Shown here in pieces: positions 13,093-26,676 of a stretch of DNA of 64,000 bases. Under the pieces are notes generated by a model that was given only the letters and a program-made list of their open reading frames with translations, had not been told where the DNA came from and ran no database searches. The DNA comes from Azolla caroliniana (taxonomy: Eukaryota; Plantae; Polypodiophyta). Position numbers and translations under genes: made by a program. Numbering within the stretch: position 1 is the stretch's first letter; the number at the start of each line of letters is the position of its first letter. The DNA lies in NCBI GenBank assembly GCA_043228905.1, contig JBHGNT010000003.1, positions 8,122,001-8,186,000 on the forward strand. Reading direction: 5' to 3'.

Positions 13093-16000
13093 TGTAAAGA
13101 ATCAAGAGATGGATTCTTGTGAAGCGGAATAGGTGTGAACTGTGTGTGTGTGTGTGTATGAGAGAGAGAGAGAGAATACAGAGAATACGCAAGGTAAAAG
13201 TATATTGACAAAGGAGAAAGACTCAACATTATATAAGGTGGGAGGAGGGTGCTTTATGTAGTCACCGTCTCTCTTCATTAACTACAGGCCTCATGGAGCA
13301 TGGGGAATGTGAAAGCTCATAAGTTATGTGTCGTAGAATATGATTCTATGCCTCATACTAAATGCTAGAATACAAAGTGGTGACATAATGGTGACTCTTG
13401 ACCGTTGGAGTGTCTCTTCACTCTCAAGGTGAGTTCACACGCTAGACCAAGTTAAGCTTGATTCTCAACACGCCCCCTCAAGCTCAAGTCGGGTCGGTTT
13501 CAGACGGTATCCAAAATCCGCTTCAATTCACGTTCGGGAGTCCGCGTCGACTCGCTTTATGCGGAGTTGCGGAATCCGTGCTCCAGCTTGCATTGTGCGT
13601 AGTTACGAAGTCTGTGCTTCGGCTTGGGTCTTTCTTTGCGGGTTTGCGCGGTAGATCGGCTCTTCACTGCTACGTTGCGTGGTTGCGGAATCTACGCGTT
13701 ATTGCATAGTGTCTTCAGTACTCCCCCTCAAGCTTGGCAGGTTAGGGATCGTCAATCCGAGATCGGTCATGAATTGCCATAGCTTGTCGGCTCCTAAGGC
13801 TTTAGTGAAGATGTCGACCGTTTGAAGATTGGTGCTAATGTGTTGTAGGTCGACATCGCCAGCCAGAATGCGCTCTCGGATGAAGTGATAGTGCACTTCG
13901 ATGTGTTTTGTCCGCGCGTGGAACACCGGGTTCCGAGCCAGATAGATACTGCTCATGTTGTCGCAGTAAGGGAAGTCGGATCCTTGATGGGTACGCCCAG
14001 ATCCCTGTATTCCGCCTCCGTACGCGAAAGAGCGACGGTAGGCTGCTTCTTGCTACTCCAGGATATTGCTCCGCTGCCGAGGGAGAAAACAAATCCGGAG
14101 GTTGATCTTCTATCAGCTTTGTAGCCGGCCCAATCGGCGTCTGTGTACCCCTCGAGTTGTATTGGCATCGCGGTCTTGTAGAGGATGCCACAATCCATTG
14201 TGCCGCTCACGTAGCGTAGAACTCACTTAGCGCAATCCAAGTGAGTATCACGCAGTGTTTGCATGAATTGGCTAAGGAGACCGACCGGATAACTCAGATC
14301 GGGTCGTGTGATCGTGAGCTAGATGAGACTCCCGATGAGTTGCCGATACTGAGTCGGCTCACACGCTTTGGTGCCGGAGTTCGCATCTAGTTTGAGATTA
14401 CGATCGAGCGGGGTTGCCACGGATTTGCACTCAGCCATCCCGAACTTGTATAACAAGTTGAGGATGTAGTGCCGTTGAGAGATCATGATTCCGGCCGGAG
14501 TCCGAATTACCTCGATGCCAAGGAAGTAGTGGAGCTCCTTCAGTCCGTCATCTCGAACTTGTCGGAAAGGAGGGATTTGACTTTATTGATTTCGATGAGG
14601 TGCTCACCTCCAATGACTTGGTCATCCACATATAAAATGATGATGATCGGACTTGCGGAATCGCTTCGTATGTAGAGGGAGTTGTCCGATTTTGACATAC
14701 GGAAGCCGATTTGATGAAGATATTGCGTTATCTTCGAATGCCAAGCACGCGGTGCTTGCTTGAGGCCGTAGAGTGGCTTCTTGAGTCGGCATACAGCTTT
14801 CGGATGGGTGCTCGAGTTGAAGCCGGGTGGTTGGATCATGTACACCTCCTCTTCTAATTCGCCTTGTAGAAAGGCGTTCTTGACATCCATTTGATGGAGG
14901 TGCCACCCTTTCGCCGCGGCAATCGCAATTACAGTCTGCACCGTTGTCATCTTTGCCACCGGGGCAAAGGTTTCTTCGTAGTCAACGCCATGTGTCTGAG
15001 CGTATCCTTTTGCTACGAGTCGAACTTTGTAGCGGTTGACGGAACCGTCCGCGTTGTACTTCACTTTGTAGATCCATCTGCATCCGATTGCCTTTTTGTG
15101 TGGTGAGGTGGGAACGAGATCCCATGTCTCGTTCTTCCATACTGCCTACATCTCCTCGTTCATTGCTTCGATCCATCACGGGTCCTTCGCGGCTTCGGAA
15201 AGGGTTTCCGGCTCCCGTACTGTTGCTACCTTCATCATAAAGGCGTAATGGTACGCCATATAATCGTTGTAGCCGAATCGGCTTACGGGCTTCTTTTCAC
15301 GAGTGGATCGGCGGAGCTTTTCATTTGCAGAGATGAGGGCTTTCTTTGCTCCGATTGGTACCTCAAAACCGCCGAACTCATTGTCGAGTGAGTGAGTTGA
15401 CTCATTGTCGGTGAAGCGATCGTCTTCGTATTTCGCCATTTTCGCCTTGCCTTTGTCCATCTTCGGGCTAGGCCGTGATGTGCTTTGATCACTCAAAGGC
15501 TCTTGTGGTCCGCTCAATCGGGTCTTGATCGGACTTTCTTCGAACATGCGTGTAGGGTGATCTTCGTCCTCTATCTCTTGTTCGGTGGATTCCGGATCGA
15601 GCGGGGTCGGAGTCGAAGTTTTCTCTGGTGCGTACTAGGATGCGGACTCATCAAAGATGACGTCTCGACTTACCCGAGATTTTCGAGTTGAGGGGTTGTA
15701 GCACTTGTACCCCTTTTGCTCTAGTGAGTATCCTACGAGGATACATTTCTCCGACTTCGGGTCGAGCTTTTGACGCTTCTTGTCGGGGATGTGCACGTAC
15801 GCAATGGAGCCGAATATTCGAACATGTGATAGGTTCGGCTTCTTTCCGAAGAATATTTCGTGTAGAGTGACCTCGTGCACGCCGGATGTTGTGCACCGGT
15901 TCATTAGGTAGATGGCCATATTTGCCGCTTCGGCCCAATATGACTTGGGCATATGCTTCTCGTTCATCATGGCCCGTGCTACTTCGAGGATGTGCCGATT

Positions 16001-18166
16001 TTTGCGCTCGGCTACTCCATTTTGTTGCGGAGTGTGTCGGCAAGTGAATTCTCGCCGAATTCCTTCCTTTCGGAGATACGTCGTGAAATCGTCCGAGAAG
16101 TACTCCTTGCCGCCATCCGATCGTAGGCATCGTACATGTCGGCCCGTGGCTTTCTTGACTTCATTCTTGAAATTTTGGAAGTGTCCGAACACTTCGCTCT
16201 TTTGCCGCATCGGGTAGATCCAAGTGTGCCTAGAAAAGTCGTCGATGAAGAGTACGTAATATCGGCATCCACCGAATGTCGCCATTTGAGCCGAACCCCA
16301 TACATCGGAATGAATTACGTCGAGTACGCCTTTGCTCACATTCCGCTCCTTCGGAAATGGGTGTCAGTGTTGCTTGGCGAATTGGCACGCTTCGCATACA
16401 CCTTCAATCTCCTTCTCTTTGAATGTCAGGAGTCCGATGGCGACTCCTTTTGATTTCATTGCTTTGAGTTTGTTGAGATTGATGTGGCCGATTCGCTTAT
16501 GCCATAACTCTATGTCGGATTCAGCTTTCGTGCTTTTCGCGAACATGGCGGATTTCATCTCGTGCGAATCGAGAATGAACATCTGGCCCTCTCTTCTACC
16601 ATGTGCGATGATTCGGCCTTCTTTTTCGATGAAACACCCTTCTTGGTCGAATCGTACTTGCATCCCTTGCTCAACCATTTGGCCGACCGAGACCAAATTC
16701 TTTGTGATGGTGGGTACATGCAAGACATTTTTAATGTATGTTTGCTTACCTCTTTTGCCAAATGGAACATTGCCGATGTGCCGAATCGGGTGCGTAGTGT
16801 CATCTCCGGTTTCGACATAACCGGGTTGCTCCGGAGTCATATGGTTTGAGGCTCCGGAGTCTACAAACCATACGTCCTCCGGATTGAGGGCACTAGTTGA
16901 GGTAGAGGCCGACATAGAGTTTGCTCTATGTTTCATCATGAACATTCCGCCACAGTCGGAGTTGCGTGCATACATTCCGCCACGATCTTCGTAGTCGGAG
17001 TTGTTCCCGTACATTCCTCTATACTCTTCGTAGTCAGAATTGTGTGCGTAATTCGTGAGTTGTTGGCTTGTGGAAGCCGATTCACGCATCTTCTTTCGGC
17101 ACTCTTCTTCGTGGTGGCCGAGCTTTCTGCAATATCCGCATTCGGTTGCATTTTGATGGCTCGGGCCGGAGTGGAAGCTCCCCCTTCTTGCGAAGGTTCC
17201 TCGTTGGCCTCCGTTTTGCGGTCGAAATTGGGAGTTGTTGTCGTAGGTCGGACCTCGTCTGCCTTGTCCTTGGCCAAATCGGCCTCTCGTTCGTCCGCGC
17301 CCTCTTCCTCCATTAGAGTGCGTGTAGAGCATGTGGCCTTCCGACTCATTGCTCCTTGTGCACACGTGGTTTTCTTCGACCAATAGCATTGATTGGAGCT
17401 CGAAGAAGGAGGGAGATTTCTCCCGTGCTAGAACGGCGGTTCGCATCGCGCCGAACCGTGGTGAGAGGCCGCCGAGGCATATTTGCACCATCTCATCATC
17501 ATCTATACTTACGCTTATTGAGCCAAGCGAGTCGCAAAGCTCCTTGATCTTCAAGGTGTATGTCGTGATGGACATGTCCTGTTGTTGAATGTTGTTCAAC
17601 TCTTGGCTGGAGTTGAAGCTTCCTTGCGGTCGTGTTGGCGGCGAAAATCTTTCGTAGATTTTCCCACACTTCCTTCGGCGTCTTGGCTTCTCGAATGTAA
17701 TTGAGTATGTGGTCGTGAACACATGTCGCCAAACAATACATCACGCGGCTTGCGGCTTACTCCCATGTTGCGTATCCGGGAGCCGCTTTGGCGGGTCGGT
17801 CTTCATGCGCTCCTTTGATGTAACTCCAATAGCCTTGTCCGACAAGGTATTGGTGCATCTTGTACTCCCAAGATGCGAAGTTGTTTCGATCCAACTTCTC
17901 GGTAGGGAGAGCGCTCCCCATTTGAGTATTCATTATGTCGATTCTTCTTCTTCTTCTTCTTCTCTCTTCGAATGCGAGCTATGTAGCGAAGCTATGATAG
18001 CTATGAGCCGGTTCTTGGTCATCGGCGTAGAGCACAACACACGATCACGATGAGGCGAATGGGCTAGATCAAGCTACCAACCTCGCTCTGATACCATGTA
18101 AAGAATCAAGAGATGGATTCTTGTGAAGCGAAATAGGTGTGAACTGTGTGTGTGTGTGTGTGTGTG

Positions 18167-18211
<45 letters not shown>

Positions 18212-18504
18212 ACAAAGAATACGCAAGGTAAAAGTATATTGACAAAGGAGAAAGACTCAACATTATACAAGGTGGGAGGAGGGTGCTTTATGTAGTCACC
18301 CTCTCTCTTCATTAACTACAAGCCTCATGGAGCATGGGGAATGTGAAAGCTCATAAGTTATGTGTCATAGAATATGATTCTATGACTCATACTAAATGCT
18401 AGAATACAAAGTGGTGACATAATGGTGACTCTTGACCATTGGAGTGTCTCTTCACTCTCAAGGTGAGTTCACACACTAGACCAAGTTGAGCTTGATTCTC
18501 AAAA
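13093..18504 (-). mobile_element. Full-length degenerate Ty1/copia element B inserted in the 3' LTR of A
   Basis: AATAG target duplication at 13088-13092 and 18505-18509. LTRs 13093-13470 and 18097-18504, PBS 18085-18096, PPT 13471-13480. Gag, PR (WFVDSGAS), INT, RT (LYVDD) and RH (YTDAD) lie in broken frames. Confidence 0.95.
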
Positions 18505-21500
18505 AATAGCATAAAGGGGCAGTTGCCCTAGGATAGTCACTATATAAAGTGACTTTGTAACCTTTAGTCGGTGTTGGTTGTCATTTGTAATTGTTGCTAT
18601 TGGAATATAACGGTTCCTTTGTGCCTCTCTCTCTCTCTCTCTCTCCCTCTGTGTCTATCTTGCTCATGCATACACAGATTCTTCTTCATCACGAATGTTG
18701 CTTGCACTTCCGCATTTACGGCCTTGTCCCCAACACCTTGCATACCAAGTCCTTGAGTTCCTTAAAGGCAGGGTCTAGTTTAGAATTCCACACAATAGGT
18801 TTTGTAGACTTACACGTTTGACCTTTTAGAAGATCAGTAAATGGCGTCGTCAATTGGGAGTAATTACAAAGGGATTTTCGCAAAACCCAACAAAACCAAA
18901 GAATGATCGAACTTCTCGAATATTCTGAAGAGTGGGCCAAAGTTTGATTTCCTCGATGCGAGAAGGATCAATTTCAACTCCTCGTTCGGTTATGAGATCT
19001 CCAAGATAAGTAATTGATTTCTTGAAGAACTCGCATTTTGAGATCTTCGCGTAGAATTACTTGTCGCACAATGTTTGTAAAACAAAGCGGACATGTTTAG
19101 CATGTTCTTCTAATATACGACTATGAACTAGAACATCATCCAAGAAAATAACGACATATTTTCCAAGTTGTTCTTGGAATATGTCATTCATTTCTTGTTG
19201 AAATGTGGCTTGAGCATTCAAGGTAAAACCGAAAGGCATGACCAAAAACTCATACCGTTTTAGGAACATTGTCCTCACTTATACAAATTTGATGGTAGCC
19301 CATACGGAGATCAAGTTTCGTAAAATACCGAGCTCCCTAGAGACAGTCAATTAGATCGTCAGTCCTGGGCAATGGATATGAATTCTTGATCGTCACTTTA
19401 TTCAAGCATCAGTAATTAATACACATACACCATGTGCCCTCTTTCCTTTGTACCAAGAGAACAGGTGCACCCCATGTAGATTTACTATAATGTATATAAC
19501 CCATTCGCAAATAGTCCTTGAGTTGCTTCGATACCTCATCCTCTTCGGATCGACTTAAACGATAAGGAGGTATACTTATTGGTGCAACGCCAGGTACAAT
19601 ATCTATACGATGGTCTATATTATGTTTAGGAAGTAACCCATGTGGTAGTTCACTCGGAAAAACATCACGAAAATCGTTTATGATTTCATCGAGTTGTTGT
19701 TCAAAATATGATAATTGAACCGAGACATTATCGATATTGTAAAGGTAAATGTCTAGATCAAGTACACTAAAATAAAGTAGAACAACACATCTCGGATATT
19801 GATGGCAAGGAAACAATCGAAAGAGATTGTTTTTTAACACATTAAATAAAATGAGTACAATTGTTCAATACAAAAGTAATTTAATGATGAACCCAATCAA
19901 TAGATAAAGAAGAGTGTTTATTAAAAAACCAGGGATAACCCACTATTACATTAGTGGTACAAAGATTCATTACATGGAAGTCTACTTCCTCTGCACAAGT
20001 ATCAATAGAAATTCCTAATGAATGAATCGCCTCGTTGATGTATTGTACTCTTCCATCAACCAAGTGCACCCTATAGGTGTGATCACTTATGGTGTGTTGG
20101 ATTCCCCATATCTGAACCAAACGGTCATTCACAAAATTGTGTGAGCTTCACGAATTAAATAAAAATTGTACAGGAGATCCATTGATATACCTGTTTGCAC
20201 GTAGTAAATCATTGGGTCCCAATACACAGTGAGGGAAAGAACATTGACAATTACTTAAATGATGTGTATAGACTTTAAGGACATTAGGAATCTAACCTTT
20301 ATGGTCTGAAACTTTTGCTTTGTTGTCGTGCTCTTTCCGTTGGAGCTTTTAACATTGTTCTTTTGTATGACCCTTCTTTTTGCAAAATACGCAAAAAGTA
20401 TGATGTCGCTTACAATCGTGATCCATGAATTCGTTGGGTGTCTTGCGTTTCCCAGCGAATTGTGATTGCTTAGTCCCGGACACTTCGTTAGGTTTTTTAT
20501 GGTCCTTCTTCGAAGTGCGTTGATACTGAAGAACTATTTCAACGGCCTCTTTGAAGGATTGTGGATCCTTATCGTGCACTATCCAATGATAGTTCGAATT
20601 GGGGATGCCATTGACAAAACAAGCTATTAACCAATTGTCCCCTTCTAGACCCGATTTTTTGATTTGGGTTCTAACATTATGGACATAGTCTTCTAGCGAA
20701 GAAAATTTCCGGCTAGAGAGGTTCATTAATGCTTGTGGTGCCTCAATTCGAGATGGAGCTTGCAGAAATAGGCTTTTAAAATTGTCCAGGTATCGGGCCA
20801 TGTCCCCAAAGTTCAGAGCCCACACCACCAGGTGGTGGCCTTACCCCCTAGTTCTCGCCCGACATATGCAATCTTCGTACTATCTGGCGTGGGATAGAGC
20901 TAAAAATGGGACTCCTATCGGCCCAACCATGTGCAGATTGCTTCTTCAGTTCTTTCCTTTTTTCTCCCGCAAATGGCTTTACGACAAATGATGGTTCACC
21001 CTGACACTCATCAGGTCTATTAGTCTCACGTTGTAAACTAATGACATGTGCCTCGAGAGTACATTGAGATTGCCGAAGTTCGGACATTTGATGCGTAGTT
21101 GAACTAAGGAAATGTTATATTTGTAAGATATATGACTCAATGGAGCTTGCTCCAGGAGGATTTTCTTGAGTTCCTTCCACTTGAGCGGATGACACAGGTC
21201 GTTATTCTGAGCCATTGAATGATTATTTCTAGCAAAGAAATAGGATAAGGTCAGGCAAATAGTCAGAACATCAAGTCGTGATGTAAACATATCATGGGCC
21301 AACATTAATCGATATCATGATCTCACGTCAATACCCCTCTAGACATATGAGATGAGGTTCAATATCATGTTACTATGGTAACACAAAGGTATTTTAAAAA
21401 CCATCGGGGTGACAAATGAATGTCTTTCCCTAATCTCTAGATCGATTTTTTCATGGCGACTCCCCAAGGGAAAGTCTCATAATTACAATGGCATACGCCA

Positions 21501-22395
21501 AGGTGCAACCTAATTGTCAAGCCAAATGAGCCCTCTTTTTGTAGTAGGCCCACATGGCCCATCATATGGTTACGTCATTACGAATGGCTTTCGTAAGAAT
21601 GACCTCATGGTGGCATCGTATCCATGTAACGAGGGAGGGATGTTGGATATGTGTGTCATAGGAGCGACCTCACTTGAACTGGGTCAAGCCCTACGTTCTC
21701 AACATCATTGTGGCTATGAGCATTTCGTTACGTAACGAAATCGAAGTGACCAACGGGGATGTCAACAAAAAAGAATTGTTGAAAAAAGGATGGTAACTAC
21801 GCCATTCTCACAAAAATGTGAGGACGGCCACCAAGATCCTTTCCCCGAAAGGACAACATTCGATATAGAAATCACATTATAACTAACATGCACATATGTA
21901 TATTTATCACATATATGTAACGATCAAATTCGTATACATGTGACCACATATGCGTATATTAAACAAAATCGTAACATCAAATAGCCAACATATATGATGA
22001 AATCGAGACACGTAATCGAGGCATATAGCCTCTACCACGAAACATCCAAAAATAAGGGTTAATCATAATACGTAATTGAGGTATTGACCTCTTACGCATA
22101 CCACACCAAACACATATCATTTACTTAGAAATCGAGGTATTGACCTCATACGCAAACGTAACATATGTATGTGAACATAATACACAATTGAGGTATTAAC
22201 CTCGTACGCAAACGACACTAATCACATATTAAATATATGTCAAATGAGGTATTGACCTCATACACATATGTAAACATTTTATACAACCAATTAATTACCA
22301 CTACAACATCATTGAATCAATGAGAAAAACTTTCATATTGACCATATACATGATTCGATGGGAGAAGCAAAAATAGAAAAAAAAACAAGAAAGAG

Positions 22396-22790
22396 TGTTG
22401 GGAATTAAGCTCAACTTAGTCTAGTGTGTGAACACACCCTTGAGAATGTGCACTCAAAGGTCAAAAGTCACCACTCTTATCTACACATTAACTATGTGTC
22501 ATAGAATCATATTCTATGACACATAACTAATGAGTTTTCACATTCCCCATGACCCATGAGCTTTGATAGTTAATGAAGAGAGAGAGTGACTATATAAAGC
22601 ACTCTCCTCCTACTTTGTAATTAGGTCGGTTAATCTCCTTTGTAATATACATCTTCTTGAGTATTCTATTGTGTTTTTTCAAATCTATCTATCTTGTGTT
22701 TCTCTCTCTCTCTCTCTCTCATACACACACACTCACAACACATATCTCTAGTCTATTCTGCTACACAAGAATCACCATCAATTCTTTACA
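22396..22790 (+). mobile_element. Solo LTR related to the LTR of element B, in the G1 leader
   Basis: TGTTG...TTACA flanked by AAGAG/AAGAC. Similar to the reverse complement of 18097-18504. Mirrored at 48160-48569. Confidence 0.85.
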
Positions 22791-23371
22791 AAGACTTACT
22801 AAAGTTCCTTTGTTGATTGCTATCTAGATCAAGGTCGACCGCACGTCAATCGATCACCATCCATCAAGAAGACAAAAACAAACAAAGGAAACATTAGAAA
22901 CATGAGCTCTGATACCAATTGGTAGAGTTATGTTCTAAAGTAAGCATATGATAAGGATAAACGATAGATAAATAGAAAGGAGAGAGAGAAAGAAGGGTGT
23001 CAATCCACCCGACCACCCTAGAGCGAAGGGATCGAGACGGACTTGAGCTTCAATCGGCGTCCCATTCCACCGTTGTGGCGTTGAGTCGTACCTGGTGCTA
23101 GCACGCTCGCTACAAGAGTTGACCCACCACGAAACAGAGTCTCGACGTAGTCAAGATATGATTAAATGAGGGTAGCTAGGCCTCATATTTATAGCGATAC
23201 CCAAGGTTCCCAAGCAAGTTCACACTTGGCCTAATGGGTTGTCTCAATCCCGAGAACTAAAAGTAATCCTCCCCTTCTTTACACTCTCGTTTAACCCTCA
23301 CATTTATTCACATATATAGAATACTACGGTAAATTCTCACCACGGAATATTATATAGTCATGCTCGTAACA

Positions 23372-24545
23372 CTAGAGGGTGTTCGACAGCATAACATATG
23401 TGCATGTGTTGTAGGAGAAGTGGAGGAAACTAGATGCCAAAGCCAAAAAGTGTATCTTGTTTGGCTACACAAACGAGCAAAAGGGTTATAGATGTTATAA
23501 CCCCTAGACGAAACAAATACGAGTTAGTTGTGATGTCGTGTTCGACAAATCGGCCTCTTGGTATTCTATTCTGACTCTTACCCCCATGACCTCCAAGTCG
23601 AATTTTGCAAATGAGGCTAGTGAGGCGGACTCCATTGTTGAGACAAAAATCGGCACTCTAGAAGAGAATTCAATCTCATTCCAACTAAGCAAGCCGAATG
23701 AGGAGCTAAGCCGAATGGCCAACTGATTGACATGCCGGCGAGCAATGAGGACTCAATCGTGCAATCCCTGCATACGAAGCTGAAGAGACGGCTAACATGC
23801 AAGGAGAAGGGGAAGAAAAAGATGTCGGAATACGGCCTTGAAGCGGGCACCTCGGATCAACGTGAGTCCGACGGGCAACTACTAGAAGAAAATCAATTAA
23901 TGGAAGACCAAACAACCAATTCGGTTAATGGTGGAGATGAATTAGAGACAAACGATTCAATTGAGAGGAATGATTTGGACAAGCTAAATCATATGAAGGC
24001 CAAATGGATAAGGAGGCAGCTGAAGCCGACGCCGATGGGATGAGGGGCGCCAAGTCCATAAGGGCAAGAAGGCCATTGAGGGCTTTGGTAGCAGACACGC
24101 CGACCTAGCAGGTCAAGGAGCGCGAGACCAAATGGGTCGTGGAGCACGAGTAAGGAGGTGTGAAGCCAGGAGAAGCTAGACCGAAGAACCAGCTGGAATT
24201 GACAAGGAACCTCAAGTTGACCTTGAGGAGGAGTGTTGAGTGACAAGCTCAACATGGGTTGACCGGCAGAAAGGAGCCAGAAGCAAAATCGTACATAGGT
24301 TGATCCACTAGGCCGAATTGGCGGGGAGCCGAAAAGTCGTTAGGGTCGAACATAGTATTGGGAATATTATGTTCAAATACTGTTAGATGCTCATTTATGA
24401 GCATTCAAGTACTTTTCAGTACTTGTGTCAGCCCGTTATCAGGGCTTGTATAAAAGTGCTCGCTGAGCACAGTTATACGTACAGAGTTATTATTTTGAAT
24501 ATAGTTTGTAGTTTGCTCTACTCAGTCTCTCTCTCTCTCTCTCTT
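23372..24545 (+). mobile_element. Internally deleted copia remnant (integrase end, PPT, 3' LTR)
   Basis: KLDAKAKKCILFGY...KGYRCYNP remnant, then GAGGAGGAG followed by TGTTGAGTGACAAGCTCAAC near 24234, which matches the C1/C2 LTR start. No RT or RH. Confidence 0.8.
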
Positions 24546-24557
24546 ATCGTAATTACC

Positions 24558-24750
24558 TTACCCTAGTGGTAAGTTGTTAGCACTACAAGCACTGCATTGT
24601 GGGTTTGAAACCCAACTTCCTCACCTCTCTATTATATACTTCTTATATATCTCTTAATTCACTAGATGCCACTGTGGAATGTAGGGGGTTGAACCCATGA
24701 CCACCTGGTCTCCATTGGGCAACCTTACCAACTGAGCTACATCCATCTTG
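24558..24750. other. Two convergent tRNA-derived (SINE-head-like) remnants
   Basis: Plus strand: TAGTGGTAAG...GGGTTTGAAACCC (about 24564-24613). Minus strand: GGATGTAGCTCAGTTGGTAAG...GGGTTCAACCCC (about 24684-24745). Confidence 0.55.
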
Positions 24751-25024
24751 GCAACTCTCTCTCTCTCTCTCTATGTATACCTAAATGTCTCGTGGTGTCC
24801 AACTAAGCCAGTTGTGTTTGTTGTACAAACTTCCACACACGCTATTCTTTTGATGTATTCCTAACTGTCTCGTGGTGTCCAACTAAGCCGGTTGTGTTTC
24901 TGGTACAAGCTTCCACACACACTATTCTTTTGCACCATTCTATTGGAGGAGAATACACATAGGTTCATTAAATGCGCATATAATTTGGAAGTACTTATGG
25001 GATATTGGACAACTTTTAACCCGT

Positions 25025-26275
25025 TGTCGTGAAGATTTTCGGCAATAGTGTGAAAATCCCATAAAACGTACAAAATCGAGTATAAATCACATAATACAAT
25101 AATTGTGAAGATAACATTTTAAATAAATTTAATATCTAAGTACAAAATGATGGAGGTTTCGAATGCACTTTATTACACGAGAAACAGACAACTAAATGTC
25201 AAGATATGAGGGTATAAAATTTATGAAAGGAAAAGAGCAAATTGTGAGATATCCCACATAGGCACGACAAATACGACTCTCATCATATATAAGGTGGAGC
25301 AAAAGATATTATCTTTGTGTCTATGTGTGGAGCATAGAGAGTTCAAGGTAACTTGAACTAAGAGTGGAGGTGGGCTAGCTACTCGTAAAGGGTTTTGGCC
25401 AACCAAAACCGGACCGGCGATAGAGTCGGTGATCCGGCGGCATCCGATGGCAATCCGGTGACGGTGATCCGACGGCATCCGGCGCCAGTGAGAGACGGGC
25501 ATCCGACGGCGATCCGGCGATGGCGAGGCGGCGGCATCCGGTGATGGCACCGATATTTGGCGACGGCGAGGCGGCGACGACGGCACCGGTATCCGACGAC
25601 GACATCCGGCGGCAACACCGGTATCCGGCGACGGCATCCGGCGAGGCACCGGTAACCGACGGCAATCGGCGAGGCACCGACATCCGACGAACCAGTGTCT
25701 AGATAAATAAATATATAAATATTATACATATATACATATACAAGGAGGGCAAGGAAAGATTCGAACCTTGCACCTCCAAGTTAGGAATCAATTGGCTTAC
25801 CATTAAGCCATACTATTTAGTTAAAATTATATTTCTATCATTGTATTTATACATGTAAATTCTCATACATGAGAGCTAAAATGAGTGACATGGTTATCAT
25901 GCACCACATGTAATACATAAGCGCCAAATGGCAAACATGCAATTTATGCATGTCTTGTACCCTCACATGCATCATATGCATGAGAGGATCTATAAAAGGA
26001 AGGGGGAGGAGAAAAAACACATTTTTTTTATTATGAAATTAAGAAGAAGAAATTCGTTATCAAATTGATCGTGTAACTTGTTTCTTAAATCTAAAGTTAA
26101 AAGTTCAATCAATCTCTCTCAATCGTTTAATATCAACTTCTCTCTTTCCCAATCTATCTTAAGTACTTTCTCGCTAAAGCTTGTGCCAAAGCTTGTACCG
26201 ACTTTGAATCCTTCCGGTCCAGAACCCCGGCGGTTCTGCCTCACGATCCGCGCGTAGTGACGGATCTTCACAACA
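25025..26275 (-). mobile_element. Complete 1251-bp non-coding element with TGT...ACA ends and a 4-bp CCGT duplication (non-autonomous Ginger-like transposon or solo LTR), copy 2
   Basis: Ends TGTCGTGAAGAT and ATCTTCACAACA (11/12 inverted match). CCGT at 25021-25024 and 26276-26279. The empty site with a single CCGT is in the mirror arm near 46070. GC-rich CCGGCGA/GGCATCC repeats at 25410-25695 and a tRNA-like module at 25745-25812. Confidence 0.88.
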
Positions 26276-26676
26276 CCGTTGTTATCTGAGGCCTGAACAA
26301 TGGGGTGGTTTTTCTCAATATGTTCAGAATGAGGGAGCAGGAGATATTGTTCCAGATTTCTATGCTATTTGGGCACTGACAACAAAATTGGAATATGTGA
26401 AACACTTTCACGTTCGATAACAGACATGGAGTGAAGGCCTATAGGAAGGAATTGAAAGGAAATTCTTATATGGAATTTGTGGATGTTAGAGCATGTGGGT
26501 ATTTGATTTCATCATGTGCACATTCAGGTTTTCTAATGGCGTTACAAGGACGGTTCTAACAAGTGGATTACGGTTTCACGGTTTCACGGTTCCATGGAGA
26601 ATATGGCCTCTTCACTTTCTCACACTGTGGAAGGATGCAAGTTCTTCTTCTTCTTCTTCCTTCACACTGTGGAAGG

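Larger units (their letters stand above)
7713..18735 (+). mobile_element. Ty1/copia element A nested in G1, degenerate
   Basis: CCTTG target duplication at 7708-7712 and 18736-18740. 5' LTR 7713-8023, PBS 8026-8037, gag about 8890-9560, WLLDSGAS near 9737, integrase fragments to about 10950, RT-end/RNase H 12060-12814, PPT before 13015. The 3' LTR is split into 13015-13092 and 18505-18735. Confidence 0.95.
5490..23371 (-). mobile_element. Ty3/gypsy chromovirus G1 (left-arm copy), degenerate, host of nested insertions
   Basis: 5' LTR 22920-23371, PBS 22906-22917, gag/PR/RT remnants about 18740-21200, RH/INT/chromodomain remnants 5820-7710, PPT 5811-5822, truncated 3' LTR about 5490-5810 matching the 5' LTR. 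Confidence 0.9.

Noticed and set aside
25221-25729. Overlapping Pro/Arg-rich ORFs
   Set aside because: They arise from GC-rich short repeats that are much shorter in copy 1, so they are not conserved as coding sequence.
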